A stretch of DNA of 62,982 nt, filler included, from Dugesia japonica (Eukaryota): assembly GCA_001938525.1 (NCBI GenBank). It is 6 parts of 6 records of this genome, joined end to end, with 100 filler letters (N's around TTAATTAATTAA, not from the genome) between each part and the next. Parts side by side here need not be neighbours in the genome. Positions count along the whole stretch, not along the records: positions 30,528 to 38,871 come from MQRL01482637.1; positions 38,972 to 53,939 come from MQRL01496897.1; 4 more parts are not named here. One strand, given 5' to 3'. Below the pieces are notes generated by a model that ran no database searches, had not been told where the DNA came from, and worked only from the letters and a program-made list of their open reading frames with translations. Below, in pieces: positions 37,370 to 52,739 of the stretch. Both the position numbers and the translations under genes were made by a program. The stretch's first letter is position 1, and every line of letters starts with the position of its first letter.

Positions 37370-37889
37370 CTGCAATAGAATGTTGATCGGCAGCATTGTA
37401 TTGATTTTGATGATTGTAAGTAAATATGTTGTGCCCACTGCTGCATAGACTTGCAGTATCTGGTAAACTAGAATCACTAGGTGTACGGACTCGTCCTACG
37501 ATTTTGCCTGGACCTGTGGAATTTATATAATCTACGGATGAGTTGTCATCAACACTTGTGTAGCTGTTACTTCTATTAGTGTCAGTATACAATGACAATG
37601 AACACGTTTTATCATCGTGCAGCATTGATTCGTAGCTATGATTGATTCGGGCTGCAGATTTAAACGAAAATTCACGCTCAAGTTGTTGAGAAATAATTTC
37701 TACTGATTTGTCACCTTCGTTGATTTTGTTGGTTTGATCTAAATTACTTGGATCACTTTTAACAGTTCTGTATGATTTCGACGAAAACAATAATGATATT
37801 GATTTTTTAATTCCACGTGGTTTAGAATTCGTGATTTGTGGAGTGCTTGGTGAGGCAACCGGTTTCTTTTTGAAAATTGATCTTGAAGG
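37370..37889 (-). CDS. Internal exon (520 bp) of an unknown Ser-rich, probably disordered protein
   Basis: Acceptor ttattttgcag, donor G|gtaatc, stop-free 173 codons, GC-richer than flanks. Confidence 0.7.
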
Positions 37890-38972
37890 CTGCAAAATAA
37901 CAAAGAAATAAGTAAATGTATGTAAGGAAAATTATAAATCTAAAAACAAATATGCAATAAAAATATAGAATAGATTTTGATAAATAAAATCTTGGTAACT
38001 TATTATATTCACATACATAAAATGATAATAATAATAAAATTAATAATTATAATAATAATAATATTATAATAAATAATATTATGATAATAATAATATTAAT
38101 GATAATAATAGTAATATTAATAAAAATAATAATAATAATATTAAACAAATTAATAATAATGATAATAATAATTAATATTATTCTTATCATTATTATCATA
38201 TATTAATAATTATAATTGTCTTTTTTTAAAAAAATTTATTTTTAAATAATAAATCAAATCCATTTAAATATTAATTTATCAAAAATTTTATATTTTAGGA
38301 GAAAAGCAAAACATCTTCATGCTAATTGAGGAAGTGGATACAAAAATTCTAAAATAGATCAAACCAAGTGAAGCACAAATATTGCGGAAAGTAATTTAAT
38401 CAATAAGCGGTAGTCGAGTATAGAAATTGTTTTTTAAATAAATTTCTCCTCAAAGGAAAATTGTCAGTTCTGAATATTTATTATTGAAAAATAAACTGTC
38501 AAAATATTTAAATCGGAATTTCTCATTTTACATAAATGCTAATAATAATAAATGATTTTATTTATAAAGAATACAAAAATCCAATTTAACTTTGATCTTA
38601 TGAAAAAAAATCTCATTAAATAATATTTAGCAATACGATATTAAATAAATATTTTTCATGTTCTGCTTGGTTTATTCAATAATTATTTATTTGGTGAAAT
38701 GCAAGAATTTTATTTTTTTGATAAATAAGAAATTATTTTTTCTAATGCAGTTTCTTGTTACATTGTTTTTACCATGTTTCGACAGAATAACTGTCATCTT
38801 CGGATAGAATGATTTAATTCTTTTTTGAAAATTCTGTATTGAAACAATATTTATTTCTTTTTTTCATTTTTNNNNNNNNNNNNNNNNNNNNNNNNNNNNN
38901 NNNNNNNNNNNNNNNTTAATTAATTAANNNNNNNNNNNNNNNNNNNNNNNNNNNNNNNNNNNNNNNNNNNNC

Positions 38973-40010
38973 AGATGGAATACTGATAGCTGGAACAGAT
39001 GGAATACTGATAGCTGGAACAGATGGAATACTGATAGCTGGAACAAAGGAAATACCGATAGCTGGAACAGATGGAATACGGATAGTTGGAACAAAGGGAA
39101 TACTGATAGCTGGAACAGATGGAATACTGAAAGTTGGAACAAAGGAAATACCGATTGCTGGAACAGATGGAATACTGAAACTTGGAACAGATGGAATACT
39201 GATAGTTGGAACAGATGGAATACTGACAGCTGGAACAGATGGAATACGGATAGCTGGAACAAAGGAAATACTGATAGCTGGAACAGATGGAATACTGATA
39301 GTTGGAACAGGTGGAACACTGATAGTTGGAACAGATGGAATACTGACAGCTGGAATAGATGGAATACCGACAGCTGGAACAGATGGAATACTGATAGCTG
39401 GAACAGATGGAATACGGATAGCTGGAACAAAGGGAATACCGATAGCTGGAACAGATGGAATACTGACAGCTGGAACAGATGGAACACTGATAGCTGGAAC
39501 AGATGGAATACTGATAGCTGGAACAGATGGAATACTGACAGCCGGAACAGATGGAATACTGACAGCTGGAACAGATGGAATACTGACAGCTGGAACAGAT
39601 GGAATACTGACAGCTGGAACANNNNNNNNNNNNNNNNNNNNNNNNNNNNNNNNNNNGATAGTTGGAACAGATGGAATACTGATAGTTGGAACAGATGGAA
39701 TACTGACAGCTGGAACAGATGGAATACTGACAGTTGGAACAGCTGGAATACTGATAGTTGGAACAGGTGGAATACTGACAGCTGGAACAGATGGAATACT
39801 GACAGTTGGAACAGATGGAATACTGACAGTTGGAACAAAGGGAATACTGACAGCTGGAACAGATGGAATACTGACAGTTGGAACAGCTGGAATACTGACA
39901 GCTGGAACAGATGGAATACTGATAGTTGGAACAGATGGAATACTGATAGATGGGGCCAATATCAAACGAAAGATTGGAATCGATGGAATACCCGCAGTTT
40001 CAAAAAATAA
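38973..40010 (+). CDS. C-terminal part of a Trp-rich tandem-repeat protein, about 40 x WNTDSWNR (24-bp units), ending WGQYQTKDWNRWNTRSFKK*
   Basis: Stop-free + frame. Unit variants are mostly synonymous (GAT/GAC, AGC/AGT, ACT/ACC/ACG, AAT/AAC, AGA/AGG) or conservative (D>E, S>T, R>K) in this frame. TAA at 40008-40010 overlaps AATAAA. The 5' end is lost in the gap. Confidence 0.75.
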   Translation, partial: RWNTDSWNRWNTDSWNRWNTDSWNKGNTDSWNRWNTDSWNKGNTDSWNRWNTESWNKGNTDCWNRWNTETWNRWNTDSWNRWNTDSWNRWNTDSWNKGNTDSWNRWNTDSWNRWNTDSWNRWNTDSWNRWNTDSWNRWNTDSWNRWNTDSWNKGNTDSWNRWNTDSWNRWNTDSWNRWNTDSWNRWNTDSRNRWNTDSWNRWNTDSWNRWNTDSWNXXXXXXXXXXXXDSWNRWNTDSWNRWNTDSWNRWNTDSWNSWNTDSWNRWNTDSWNRWNTDSWNRWNTDSWNKGNTDSWNRWNTDSWNSWNTDSWNRWNTDSWNRWNTDRWGQYQTKDWNRWNTRSFKK

Positions 40011-42760
40011 ATTTTAATAGATTCTACTGAAATGGAAAACTTTTACATTAATTCTTTATTTTAATATAATTTTTGCATTGTTATTTTTAATATATTTTCT
40101 TATAACTATAGTAAAAAAAATTATTATTATTAAAAAATTGTGAAAAATTATGGCAACTTTTTGATAAATAACGCCATTTAGAATATAATTTTATTGTAAT
40201 ATATTTCGACATACATCTGTGTAAGGCTTCAGGAACACAATCGTTTTGGAGGTGGTATTACTATAACCTAGCACAATAAGAATAAACTTAATGCGATTAT
40301 TGACATTTTAAATTTTAAAATTTTGTCTAAAATTTTTCTGAGAATGTTGAATGAAGGCATTAATGATTAGATTTTTTAATCGAAACATTATTATACAGAT
40401 AGGTCTTTCGACTAATTTAATAAAAGTTTTTAGATTTAAATTNNNNNNNNNNNNNNNNNNNNNNNNNNNNNNNNNNNNNNNNNNNNNNNNNNNNNNNNNN
40501 NNNNNNNNAAAATGTCATTTCATTTTTTATATTTACTAACTATGTTATTAATGAAATGCATTAATTTAACAATCACAATTATTATGAGAATAATTGTTAG
40601 ACTTAACGATTGATTCTATTTGAGATTTCATTAAAATAAAACCTTCAATCAAAATATTGTTTTTTCTTTTTAAGAAATAAATACTTTCAAATGAAATACT
40701 ATCAAGAACTAAAATAAATAAAATATAAATTAAGAATAGAAAAACAATATTTTCAAAGAAGTTTTGAATTTAATGAATAAATATATAAATTCGTTTTTAA
40801 TAACTAAAAAATTTATTTAAAAATATATTTTAAAAATTTTTATTAAAAAAAATATTTAAAAAAATTTATTTACAAAAATTTTTTTAACAAACAAAGATCA
40901 AAATTTCTGTTATTTTATTTTCAATATTTCGGCAATTATTATTATTATTATTATTATTATTAATATTCTCGAATTATTGTTAAGTAAATTCTTATTACAA
41001 ACCTAATTATATTAAAATTTATTAATATACATACTGAATATGTAATTTTATGTGAATATGCGTATGTGTATGTTTGAATTATATATAGAGCATTGAGTAC
41101 TTGAACAAAACTAAATAAATTAAAATATTAACTAATTCATTAAAGTACTTTCCAATGAATGATAAATATAATATTACATATTGGAAGAAGGGGGTAACAA
41201 AATTTAAAATGGAAGAGACATATATAATTAAGACAAGAAAAAACGTGGTAGGTCAAAATAAAAGTTGTAATATCGACGTAGGAAACATAAAAAAGCAGGT
41301 AATTAACTCTTCCATTCTTAAATCGGGTTATAATCTAAGCCAAAATTCTTATTATTATGTCAAAATTTGTGAAATACAAAAAGTATCTATGTGAATATGT
41401 TTTCATTTCTTACAGTTATTTTATATTATTCAGTATTTAATACACAGTATAAAAATGTTTATAGCTTAGTATGAAATTTATTATAGTATAATAATCGAAT
41501 TTTAACGGGGTCTCTTTATACCCCATTGAGGTCCTCGATCGCATCTTCGATGTTTCTGTATTCGAAGGTTAAATACTCTTGAATAAGTCAAAATCCTGAG
41601 GCCAGAACGCAGCGTATATAAAGAATGAGATTAAAAAATAAATTTTAGAAAAGTAATTTTGGGAAAGAAATAAAGCTTAAAGTTAAGAAAACAAATAAAT
41701 AAATCAAAAGAATTAAACTACAACTCAAGCTGTGACAAAGTTTAAAAGGTCTTTCTGTTTTGCAAACTCTTCTGAGCCACTTAACCACTCTTTGAATATT
41801 AACAGAGCTCAATCAACGCTGTTGAATTGTTATAAGTTGTATGTATAGTTGATTAAAAAAAGTTAATATATTTATGAGATATAATCAATAAAAAAAAACA
41901 TGGAATGAGAATATCAAAAAATGGATATTAGTTTTATAAACCCCTAACTCTACTGCCTTTAATTTTTTATACGAAAAAATTCATTATGAAAAAGTGAATT
42001 ACAACATCTTCAAATAAAAGTTCGTTTAGTTTTAAAATGTTTATCTCTTTTTTATATCAGCATTTCCATACGATTTTTTCAGTTTTAAAAAAATCTCTGA
42101 TTTTCTGATATTTAAATCGAATAAATTAATAAAAATGTATTAACTAAATCGTGTTAATTCGAAATCATATAAAAAGAGAATATGGTGTACAAAAAATTAT
42201 TTAATTAGTATCGACCTTTTAAAATGAACAAAATTTCATGAAAATAAAAGCTTCCATTAAAATTTCTTTTGTATTTGAGAGTATTTCGAGTTTTTTGAAC
42301 AAAATTTGTTCTTTATAATTAGATTTTAAAACTTTATTGGTTATTTTTGTCTATCATTATAACTAAATTCAGAAGAGTTCTATAATATTAACCGTCTTGA
42401 TTTAGGTTGTCGACAATATAATTGTTGAATGTAAAATAATTATGAATTTAAATGAATAAATTGTTATTACAAGAAATAAGTAAATTTTTCTCAAAATCTT
42501 TTCTTTTTTGATGAAATTTGTAAAATCTTGATGTTTTAAAAGTCAATAATCATCAATTTATAAAAATAATCAAATTAGTAAAATTCTATTTCTAATTTAC
42601 TTCCAATTGTATAATAATAGATTATCTGGATTAATTTTATATTAACAAACTTAGAAAAATTTCACAAATAGATGATAAAATTGGTTATACTGATAAAATA
42701 CAGATTTTTGAAGATAATAATTTATTCAGAAAAATCATGAACCATCAATAAGTTAAGTAA

Positions 42761-44025
<1,265 letters not shown>

Positions 44026-45829
44026 TATATTCCTTTGTTATAATAAAACATGATTACATATTACATAATATGTAATTAATGTTTAATATTAATAAAAATA
44101 TAAGAATCATAAAACACTGATTAGAATAAATATTGCATAAATAATTTTTGTGCTAATAAAAATTTTTAAAAAATAAATTTATTTTCCTTTTATGTTTCAG
44201 ATTGTTATAAAACATAAGAAATATTTCCAAAATTCTAATAAAATTAAATGTTAATTATTTAATAGATGAGTTTAAAAAATTTGTATTAAAATTGTTTTTT
44301 TCCATATTTTTGAAAAACATTAAGTTGTTGTTTAATGAAATGATTTAATAATAAATTTTAAACATTTAAATTTAACATATTCAGCTGTTTTAACTTTTCG
44401 TTAATTAAAAAAAANNNNNNNNNNNNNNNNNNNNNNNNNNNNNNNNNNNNNNNNNNNNNNNNNNNNNNNNNNNNNNNNNNNNNNNNNNNNNTTTATTACA
44501 ATTCTAGAGTATCAACAATCACTTTAATACGTTTCGTGATTTCTTGTAATTTAATGGGGAAATGAAAATGTTGATATTTATAAATGCTGATAGACGACAT
44601 TAGGTTAAATAATAATAATCAATGTAGTTAAACATTTGAATTATTTAAAAGTTATTTCAATTGTTTTTAGTAATGAAACTTTCTAATATCTTATTACAAA
44701 TTTTATAACATATAGTTTGCGAACATAATCAAACGAATTTATACGTCGAGTCTTAAAATCTTTACTTATTGTTTTCTATAATAACTTTATACTTCAAGCT
44801 TGAATTTATTTAAGCTGTCTATATTAATTTCTAAATTTTAAAATAAAATAGACGTTTCTAAATATTAATGTAAACACAATTGTTATTCTTATTTTCATTC
44901 AAAGAAATAAAGAATCACATGAAAAATTAACCAGTTTATAAACAAGACGAATAAAAATCATTTAAAATAAATAAGATTAAAAGCATAGTTTACGATAAAT
45001 GCTCCAGATTTTCCAACAAATTTGTGAATATACAAAAATTAATCAAACAATTGTTTTGATAGCAACATAAAATAAAATTGTATTCAATCTTGATTTATTT
45101 GTTTTGAGTTTTACCATTTTGTTTTGATTCGTTTATGTTTATTTAACATGACTAAATTGTTTTCATTCAAATTTTGTTGTGAAAATATAAAAGAATTTGT
45201 TAAATGAGTAAGAACACGCAAAAAAGATTAGAAAATGTTTTGAATCAAATAAAAAATTCAGACTTTGAAATTTAGTCTTGATAAATTTATGAGATCAAGA
45301 TTCTGGGCCACGTCAAAAAAAGATCCAGAAAATATAAAATAAATTTAAGAATTTAAACTACTCCAATGTTTAAAAAAATTTCGCGGATTTTTAGGACTTA
45401 CAGATTATTATATAAAATTTATTAAAAACTATGCAACACATTTGAGGATATTAAACAGTTTATGTGGAAACAATAAAAATTTTTTAATTAATTACTAAAA
45501 TTAAATTAGTAAAATTAAATTAATTTAATAATAATTTAAATGGACTTTGTGAGGATAATAATCATAATAATGATGATAATTTCNNNNNNNNNNNNNNNNN
45601 NNNNNNNNNNNNNNNNNNNNNNNNNNNNNNNNNNNNNNNNNNNNNNNTTATTTTTTAATTTATTTATTAAAATATCATACATTGAACTTGGTAAGTTTTA
45701 AGCTTTTAATCCAAGCTGTTTAGCGAATCTGAGTCTAGCCAAGTCTTAGTGATGATGATTAGCTGTTTGATATTTGACCCTATAAAGATTGAGTGAAAAA
45801 CAGTTGTGGTGGCCTACACTTTCATACCG

Positions 45830-46010
45830 AATGAGAACAGTTAAAATTTACTACGGAGTTGCAGATGCTGTACTCGAGCTTAGCCTAGTTAAAACTACGC
45901 AAGCTAATAGAAAAGTTCGTAATGAATGGTTCCGATTGAATGCTAACGGACCTTAATTGATAAGTTCTGTTGGACTGTACATTACGGAGGAGGTAATGTC
46001 ATGACATGGA
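45830..46010 (+). repeat. Dispersed repeat; diverged copy at about 60040-60200
   Basis: Shared GC(T/A)TAGCCTAGTTAAAACT(A/T)CGCAAGCT...GAATGCT...GAGGTA(A/G)TGT. Confidence 0.6.
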
Positions 46011-46167
46011 TTGAAAGTGAAAGTAGTTATCGAGAACAATGTGTGATTTATTTTTTTAATAATAATATTTTCAGATTTTTTAAAAAAATATTCTTTAAGT
46101 ATGACTAAGTCTGATTAGAGGGTAAATGGAATCATAGGTTTCGCATCAAATGAAAAGTTAAAATTAA

Positions 46168-48682
46168 CACTTCATTTCATGACTTTTTTAAAAAAAAGAA
46201 AAATATCATCGAAAAGCCATTGCATAATAAAAGAAGGGAAAAATAATAAAAAAAATATTTCTATGCATTTTAATATATTTTTTAATAAAAAACGTTCGTA
46301 GTAAATTTGCAACATCATGAATATGTAGTACAATTAGTTCAATTAATATTACATAAAATTTATTCGTGAAATTTTTTAAAATAATATATTTTTCAGGTGA
46401 TGCACAAATGTACTCCACATTTGCTGCATTTAAGAAAACTAAATCCTTCACACCCAATGCCCTACTTGATCGGTGCGAACGTTTTTTGGTAGAACATGTG
46501 CTTCTGGTCCTCTGTGTCGCTTGGCCTCAAATTCATGTTCAATTTCATTAGGTATATCTCTTTTTCTGGATTGTGTTGCTTTCATCAAACAAAAGTTTTT
46601 CCAATCTCTGTTCGGAATTCTAATACCGCATCTTGGTAGAAATACTTTTTTGCTCAGAGGCACGACTGAATAATAGCCATGCATTTATGATTGCCACATC
46701 GAGGAAATGGCAGAATACTCAAAGGTACCAATTTTTAGACCGTAACTGTACCCGATGTCTACCAGTGTGGCTGTCTAACAAATTCATTCCCTCCATATGT
46801 TTGTTGTATTCCCGTAATAATCTGTATTGTTTCCTTCTTCTTTCTATCAAATCTCGTCACTTTTGTTTTTGGCAGCTCCCCGGTACAATTCTATAGCAAT
46901 GTCCCTGGTTTATTATCAAACCACGAGACATTGCTTATTTCCATTCCATCAACATAAGCAGTTTATTCTTCCGAAAAGCCCCAAGGTTTCTTTTTTATCT
47001 TTTGCTCCGCCATCAATTACAGTTTGGAATGCGGTTTCTGCGTATTGTTCCTAATATGTATACTCCTTAGTGAGCCACGTAAATTATGAGTGGCAAATAA
47101 ATATAATAATTGTCACAATACANCACAAAATTTTTAAATTATTTTATGATTTTTGACAATCTTACTACGTTTCCACTTGCTCCGAAATCAGGTTCATCGT
47201 AAATTTTTTGGTAAAATGATTCTCTAGGTCTGTGAATATTTCAAAATTATATGCAAATACTGTAGCTCTACACAGTACAAAAAAGTTTGAAACCCCATTT
47301 ATTGGGCTTCAGAGACATGTACTATTTGCTTATATACAGCCATGCAAGGTTCCATGGGTATGGAAGCAAACATTTTGTTTAATTCCTCTAATAACGGTTT
47401 AAGTTTATATAATTTGTCATATTCTATGTGCCTTGCTTCTAGCATTTTATTTTTATCGTTGAAATGTAGAGTGCTCTTTAAATATTCAAATTTATTTATG
47501 GGCATTGGTGTTCTCACATCTTCAATTCCAATATGAGATCTCCAGTAACACCGTGGCTTAGGTAATGTCACAACATACATGTATTGAAAAATACCAAAGA
47601 ATTTTCTAACATCTATGGGGTCAAAACTGGAATTCCTATTTGGAGTTTTTGTGTTCCAAAAAGTTCCTCTGTTCACATATAAATGTTACTAAATTATCAT
47701 TGATGAAATGTCAGAAAAACTCGTAAAGTGAATTAAGCTCTACAATATTATNATGGAGCACTGATGAATCATTAAACTTCTTTCTGTTTCGGTCTATTCT
47801 TAAATTTTGTTTGGACCATAAAATGCTTTTGTATTTTATCTTTATTTTATTTCTCTTTTTTATATTTTAACCTTATCTGGCGCCAAACGAGTAGTTTTGT
47901 GGACAGTGGTACTATGATGCGCTGCTCCTTCTTCCTCCACACTTGAAGATTCTTTCTCCATTACATATTTTTCATTAGTGCCTACTAAGTTCTCCATTAA
48001 ATTATTTCCCCAAGTTTCAACGTCTATTCTAACGTTATCTCCTAAAACGTAATCGTCATCATCCACACCATGCAACTCCTCTTCGCTTTCGTCAAACCTA
48101 TTCATAATTTCCATCAACTCTTCATCTGTCATTAGCTGAGTACAGTTATTTCGGTTCATTTTAATCACATTAAAAATAAACAACTTTTAAACTTACAATA
48201 TACACAGAAATAATATATTTATAAGCATTATTTTGTTTCATTACTAATGACTACTTACATTCTTGCAGTATACGATGTAGGTATTTACAAGTGCATAATG
48301 TGGCAGATATGCAACATAGCTTATTATTGATTTATTTTTAAAAATATTACTCTATTATGTATAAATAATAACAAATATGTCTCACANCTTACCTAGTTTT
48401 AAAGAATTATTTTTATTTGAATGAAAATATTTTTTTTCACTTAATTCTGTCGCAGTTAAATTGTCACCAACACTATGTTGAAACAAACTGTCAACTTTCA
48501 AACTAAAAACACCAATTGAATGCAATGCAGGGCCTCTAGTGGTAATTTTTGTACTAAATATAATAGATAAAGTGTGTAGCTATTCAGAAACAGTATGCAA
48601 GAGTCAGATGTTTGAATACGCGTAGTATTTATTATTGAGTATTTAGATTTGTAGCAGATTTGCTATAAAATGAAATGAAGCG
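46168..48682 (-). mobile_element. Full-length but decayed piggyBac transposon (~2.5 kb)
   Basis: TTAA|CACTTCATTTCAT ... ATGAAATGAAGCG|CTAA ends. Acidic N-terminus (47860-48183); core RCYW..MPINKFE..LHFND..DKLYKLKPL; KWGFKLFVLC; EYNKHMEGMNLLD; Cys-rich C-terminus DQVGHW..CKCGVHLC. Confidence 0.88.
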
Positions 48683-51600
48683 CTAAAATAATTTTGTTCA
48701 AATAATGACTATACTTTGCATCATTTAACTATCTAAATATGATAAACTTGTCTAACATCTCATAGTAATTTGAAGAATACTTGTTTTTGATGTTTAAAAA
48801 AAATAAAAATTGAATTATTCAATGGTTAGGGTTACACTATACATTTTTAAAACATAATATTCTTATCCATCAGCTCATTACGGTTTGGACAATATTTAGT
48901 TTGCCTTGGTAAAGTAAATTAAAGGGTCTACAGTGTTTTCATTAATTAATTGTAATGGTATGCCAGAAGGTTGTGTAAATATAATATAAATATTCATCAT
49001 CTCACTGTGGTTTGAATAATACCTAACTTGACATTAAAAGAAAATTAAAGTTTGATTAACGAATGATAAGAGTACACAAGAAGATTTTGAAAACTTAGTA
49101 GAAATGTTCATCATTTGATCACCGTTTGAAAAATGCCATTTAAACATACAACAGTGAAGCTGTGGTGGCCCATCCAAATAAGGTATAAAAGTAAAAATTG
49201 TACACTAGCAGTCAAAAAATTTAAAAATTAGTTGAAAATTTTAAAAACCACCGGAAAAAGGTAACACGCTTCAAAATGGTAACACACTGGTCAAAAATAG
49301 TAAAATGCTGTCAAAATAAATTAAACACTTGGTCAACCAATTTAAGTAGCCATGAAAATTTCTAAAATTTAGAAAAGAATAATAAATTGCAAAATTAATG
49401 TGATCAACAATATTTAATTTATGTTGTATTAATAAAAAATGGGTTAAAAGTAAAACGGTGATAATATTATAGAGAATAATTAGTTACTTTATATAGAGAT
49501 TATAATCTAATGTCTAAGTCTTATTTAGAATGGATAGTGTAACTAAAGCAAAAATTAGCAAGCATGAAACTTCAACTTTACAAATGAAGATAGTATAAAC
49601 AACAAAGTCAAGTACCCATGCTACGAATTGTGAAAAGTGGAAAAAATGAGCGTTGTTATTCAGGTTGCTCTTTGCAGCAAGCTTGATTAACTCATTAAAC
49701 TAAGAACGAAACAATTTCTGAGAAACTGAATTTCAGCGCTTGCAAACAATATTGCAGGAAGCCACGAAAAGATATAGGAACAACTGTACTTTTCGATATA
49801 ATAAATCTTTAATGTGAGTTTTTAAAATTTTTTAACGTAAATATTAAATATATGTAATGAAATAGCAACTCCTTCTTATATAGTGCGAATTGTATTGGGC
49901 AATGTAACTGTTAACTAAAGCTACACACTAAAGTTAATTCCATTTAGATGGAGACCATAAGTGGCGAGCCTGTTTCTCTGACTTTATTCATGGCAGTCGG
50001 AGCGAGCAACTCCCAACAAAAAAAAATTGAAGAAAGTCAAGGAGAAAATAGTAGCAAGCACTCTGTCAGCAATAATCGGGAGCTGACACTCGTGCATAAT
50101 AACCTACTTTTGTTAAAGTGGTCAAGATCTGCGTACTTAAACTAAACGTACTTATGATCATCAAACCTTTTAAAAATATAGTTTTGAAATACTAATCGGG
50201 AAGATTATAACAAGTTCATTCCTCATTTATTCAATCTCACAAATTTCATACTAATTCAAAGGACTAAAATTATTTCTAAATGAAATGGATTCATTTAAAT
50301 TAATGCCTTCAATTCGTCGTTACAAATGTTAGTATCAGGTTTACTTTGTCCATACAATGTTAAAGGAAAATTGAATCAGATAGGAAACTCAACTAATAAA
50401 CTTTAACAGATGTCACTAAAAATACAGAGAAGACTTCATCAAAATCACTATTATTAATTTCCTAAAAACTATTTTAAAACAATTTTATGTCGAATATTAT
50501 TTATGAAACATGATTTGAAATAATACATTCTGTATCTAATAAACTGTTATTAAACATGATTAAATGGATAAATTTATAAAACAATTTCATTCATCATGAT
50601 TTATTCTCAAAATTTTTGTTATCCTTTATCTTGTCAAATTTACAAACTTAAACTTAATTTAATAATAGATTAGACTTATTAATTCGATAAATTTTTAAGT
50701 TATTATTTCTTGCTCTTAACCTCATCCTAACCGCTTATAAGATAGTTTTAAATGTTATAATAATTGCTTTTCTCGAATTTTTGGAGATAGAGAAAGGATA
50801 AAAATAAAGAAAATTTATAACTTTCAGTACAAANNNNNNNNNNNNNNNNNNNNNNNNNNNNNNNNNNNNNNNNNNNNNNNNATATCACCTTAATTTTAAA
50901 ATCATATTACATAATAACCAAATATTGATGTAGTAAAACAATTTCGTTACAAGAGTAATAAACATGGATATTCAATTCAAAAGTGAAATGTAACGTTATA
51001 GTGTAATGATTTATTAATGAATTAAAAAAACCAATTTACAATAAATACTTGGTGAAAATCTTTATAAATATTTAGGTATAATTTATAAACTTCAAAACAA
51101 ATTTACTGAAGTATTTATAATTAATTTAAATAATGTTAATCTTCATTTCATCAATTACTTTTCCTAGGATTTGCAACAAATTTTAATATTAGTTGATTAA
51201 TGAAATGCATTTCTTTAGATTTCTTGGTTATCTCGAATTCTTCCAATATGTTTCAATCTTTGAAAATGAAAATCATAAACGGAAGATTGTGTACAGTTGA
51301 ATATTGTTAAGATCATACAAGTGTCAGTTGAGTGAATTCATTGCTTTATCGTTATTGGTTACCAAGCTTATATTGAAGAAAATTTTCCATAGTTTATTTG
51401 TTATTCTTTTTACTATTGTGCACTAATAATTAGTATATGCTAATTAAGATTTTATTTGGTTATATAGGGATTTTTTTGGTTTTATATAGATTTCAGATGA
51501 TGTTATAAAGATTTTTATTAAGGCTTGCAAACCGGTTTTAATCATGATTTTTTCACTAACCGAAAACCGGTTTTTGTTCGGATTTTCTTATAAATATTGC

Positions 51601-52739
51601 AGAAGAAATTCTCTATAATCCAAACATTTTATAATGGGTTTCTTTAAGATCGAAATATAGCTTTTTAGTGCATACAAAATTTAAAATTATTGAATTACAT
51701 ATAATTAATTCTTTATTTATGTTTTGTGCTATTTGAGACATGTTTATAACACCAATTTTATTTTGCATTGATCTTTTTATCAATCAACAATTCAAACTTT
51801 AAAAATAAAGAATATTGTTTTACTGTAGTATATTCAATTTTCAAATCATTGTTAGAATACTATCAAATTATTTTACAATAAATTTTAAAAATATAAATTT
51901 AAAAAAACAAAGCATCATTTTTTTTATTTAAAAATATGTCAATTCTTTCATAAAAATCATTTCTTTTATGAAAAATGAGTAACAAAATGTTTGGGAAAAA
52001 TATAAAAAAGAAGCGAATAATACGGCGAGATATTTAATTTGTAAAGCAATTATAAAATGTTCGAGTGGGAGAACCTATTTTTGAAATCATCTCAAAAACA
52101 AACAATGAACCACCTGAAATACGATTGAAAGACAATAGTTTAAGTAATAATGTATTATATTTTTTCGAAAAAGAGACATTAACGTGAATAAACTTTTGAA
52201 AACCGTATTGATCACTAATAAATTGTATAAAACTATGTAGATCACATTACATAAGGTAGGTATGGGAAGTGCAGTGATCCAGTGCGCCACTATTTAAATA
52301 TTGTAATGATATCGACAGTATAGTGAAAATGTGAAGCAAGTTATAATGCTGGAGTTTCCACAGTTAAGTTCGTTTCCCCACAAAATACAAAATCTAGCTG
52401 TAAATTGTATCTAATTTCACTGTCAGGTAAGGGTCCGTTCTTAGGATTATTTTTTTATTATCACTTGAATAGCAAAAAACTTTGTTTCAAAGTTTTTTTT
52501 TTCAAAATTGCGACTATCGTGCATCATATATGTGTCAAATTCATTCAAATAAATGGGCGAAATATGCGACGGCAAAATTCAAGCAGGTCGTATTCACATA
52601 TAGAAAATCTGTTTAGGTTTTATTTAAAATTAAAAAAACAGTAAGCTTGAATGGTAATCTACACACAATAGAGTTTGGTAAATAAGATTAAATATATAAT
52701 GAAACAATAATTTAAATATTTATTTAAGAAAAAGTTCAT

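Noticed and set aside
38972-39950. CRISPR-like array
   Set aside because: Contiguous tandem units with no unique spacers, eukaryotic context, no cas genes.
38916-39965. Minus-strand 349-aa SIPSVPAV and 304-aa FQLSVFHL repeat ORFs
   Set aside because: Open only because the 24-bp unit lacks stops. Variation is non-synonymous in the SIPSVPAV frame, whereas the + strand WNTDSWNR frame shows synonymous bias and a proper stop with poly(A) signal.
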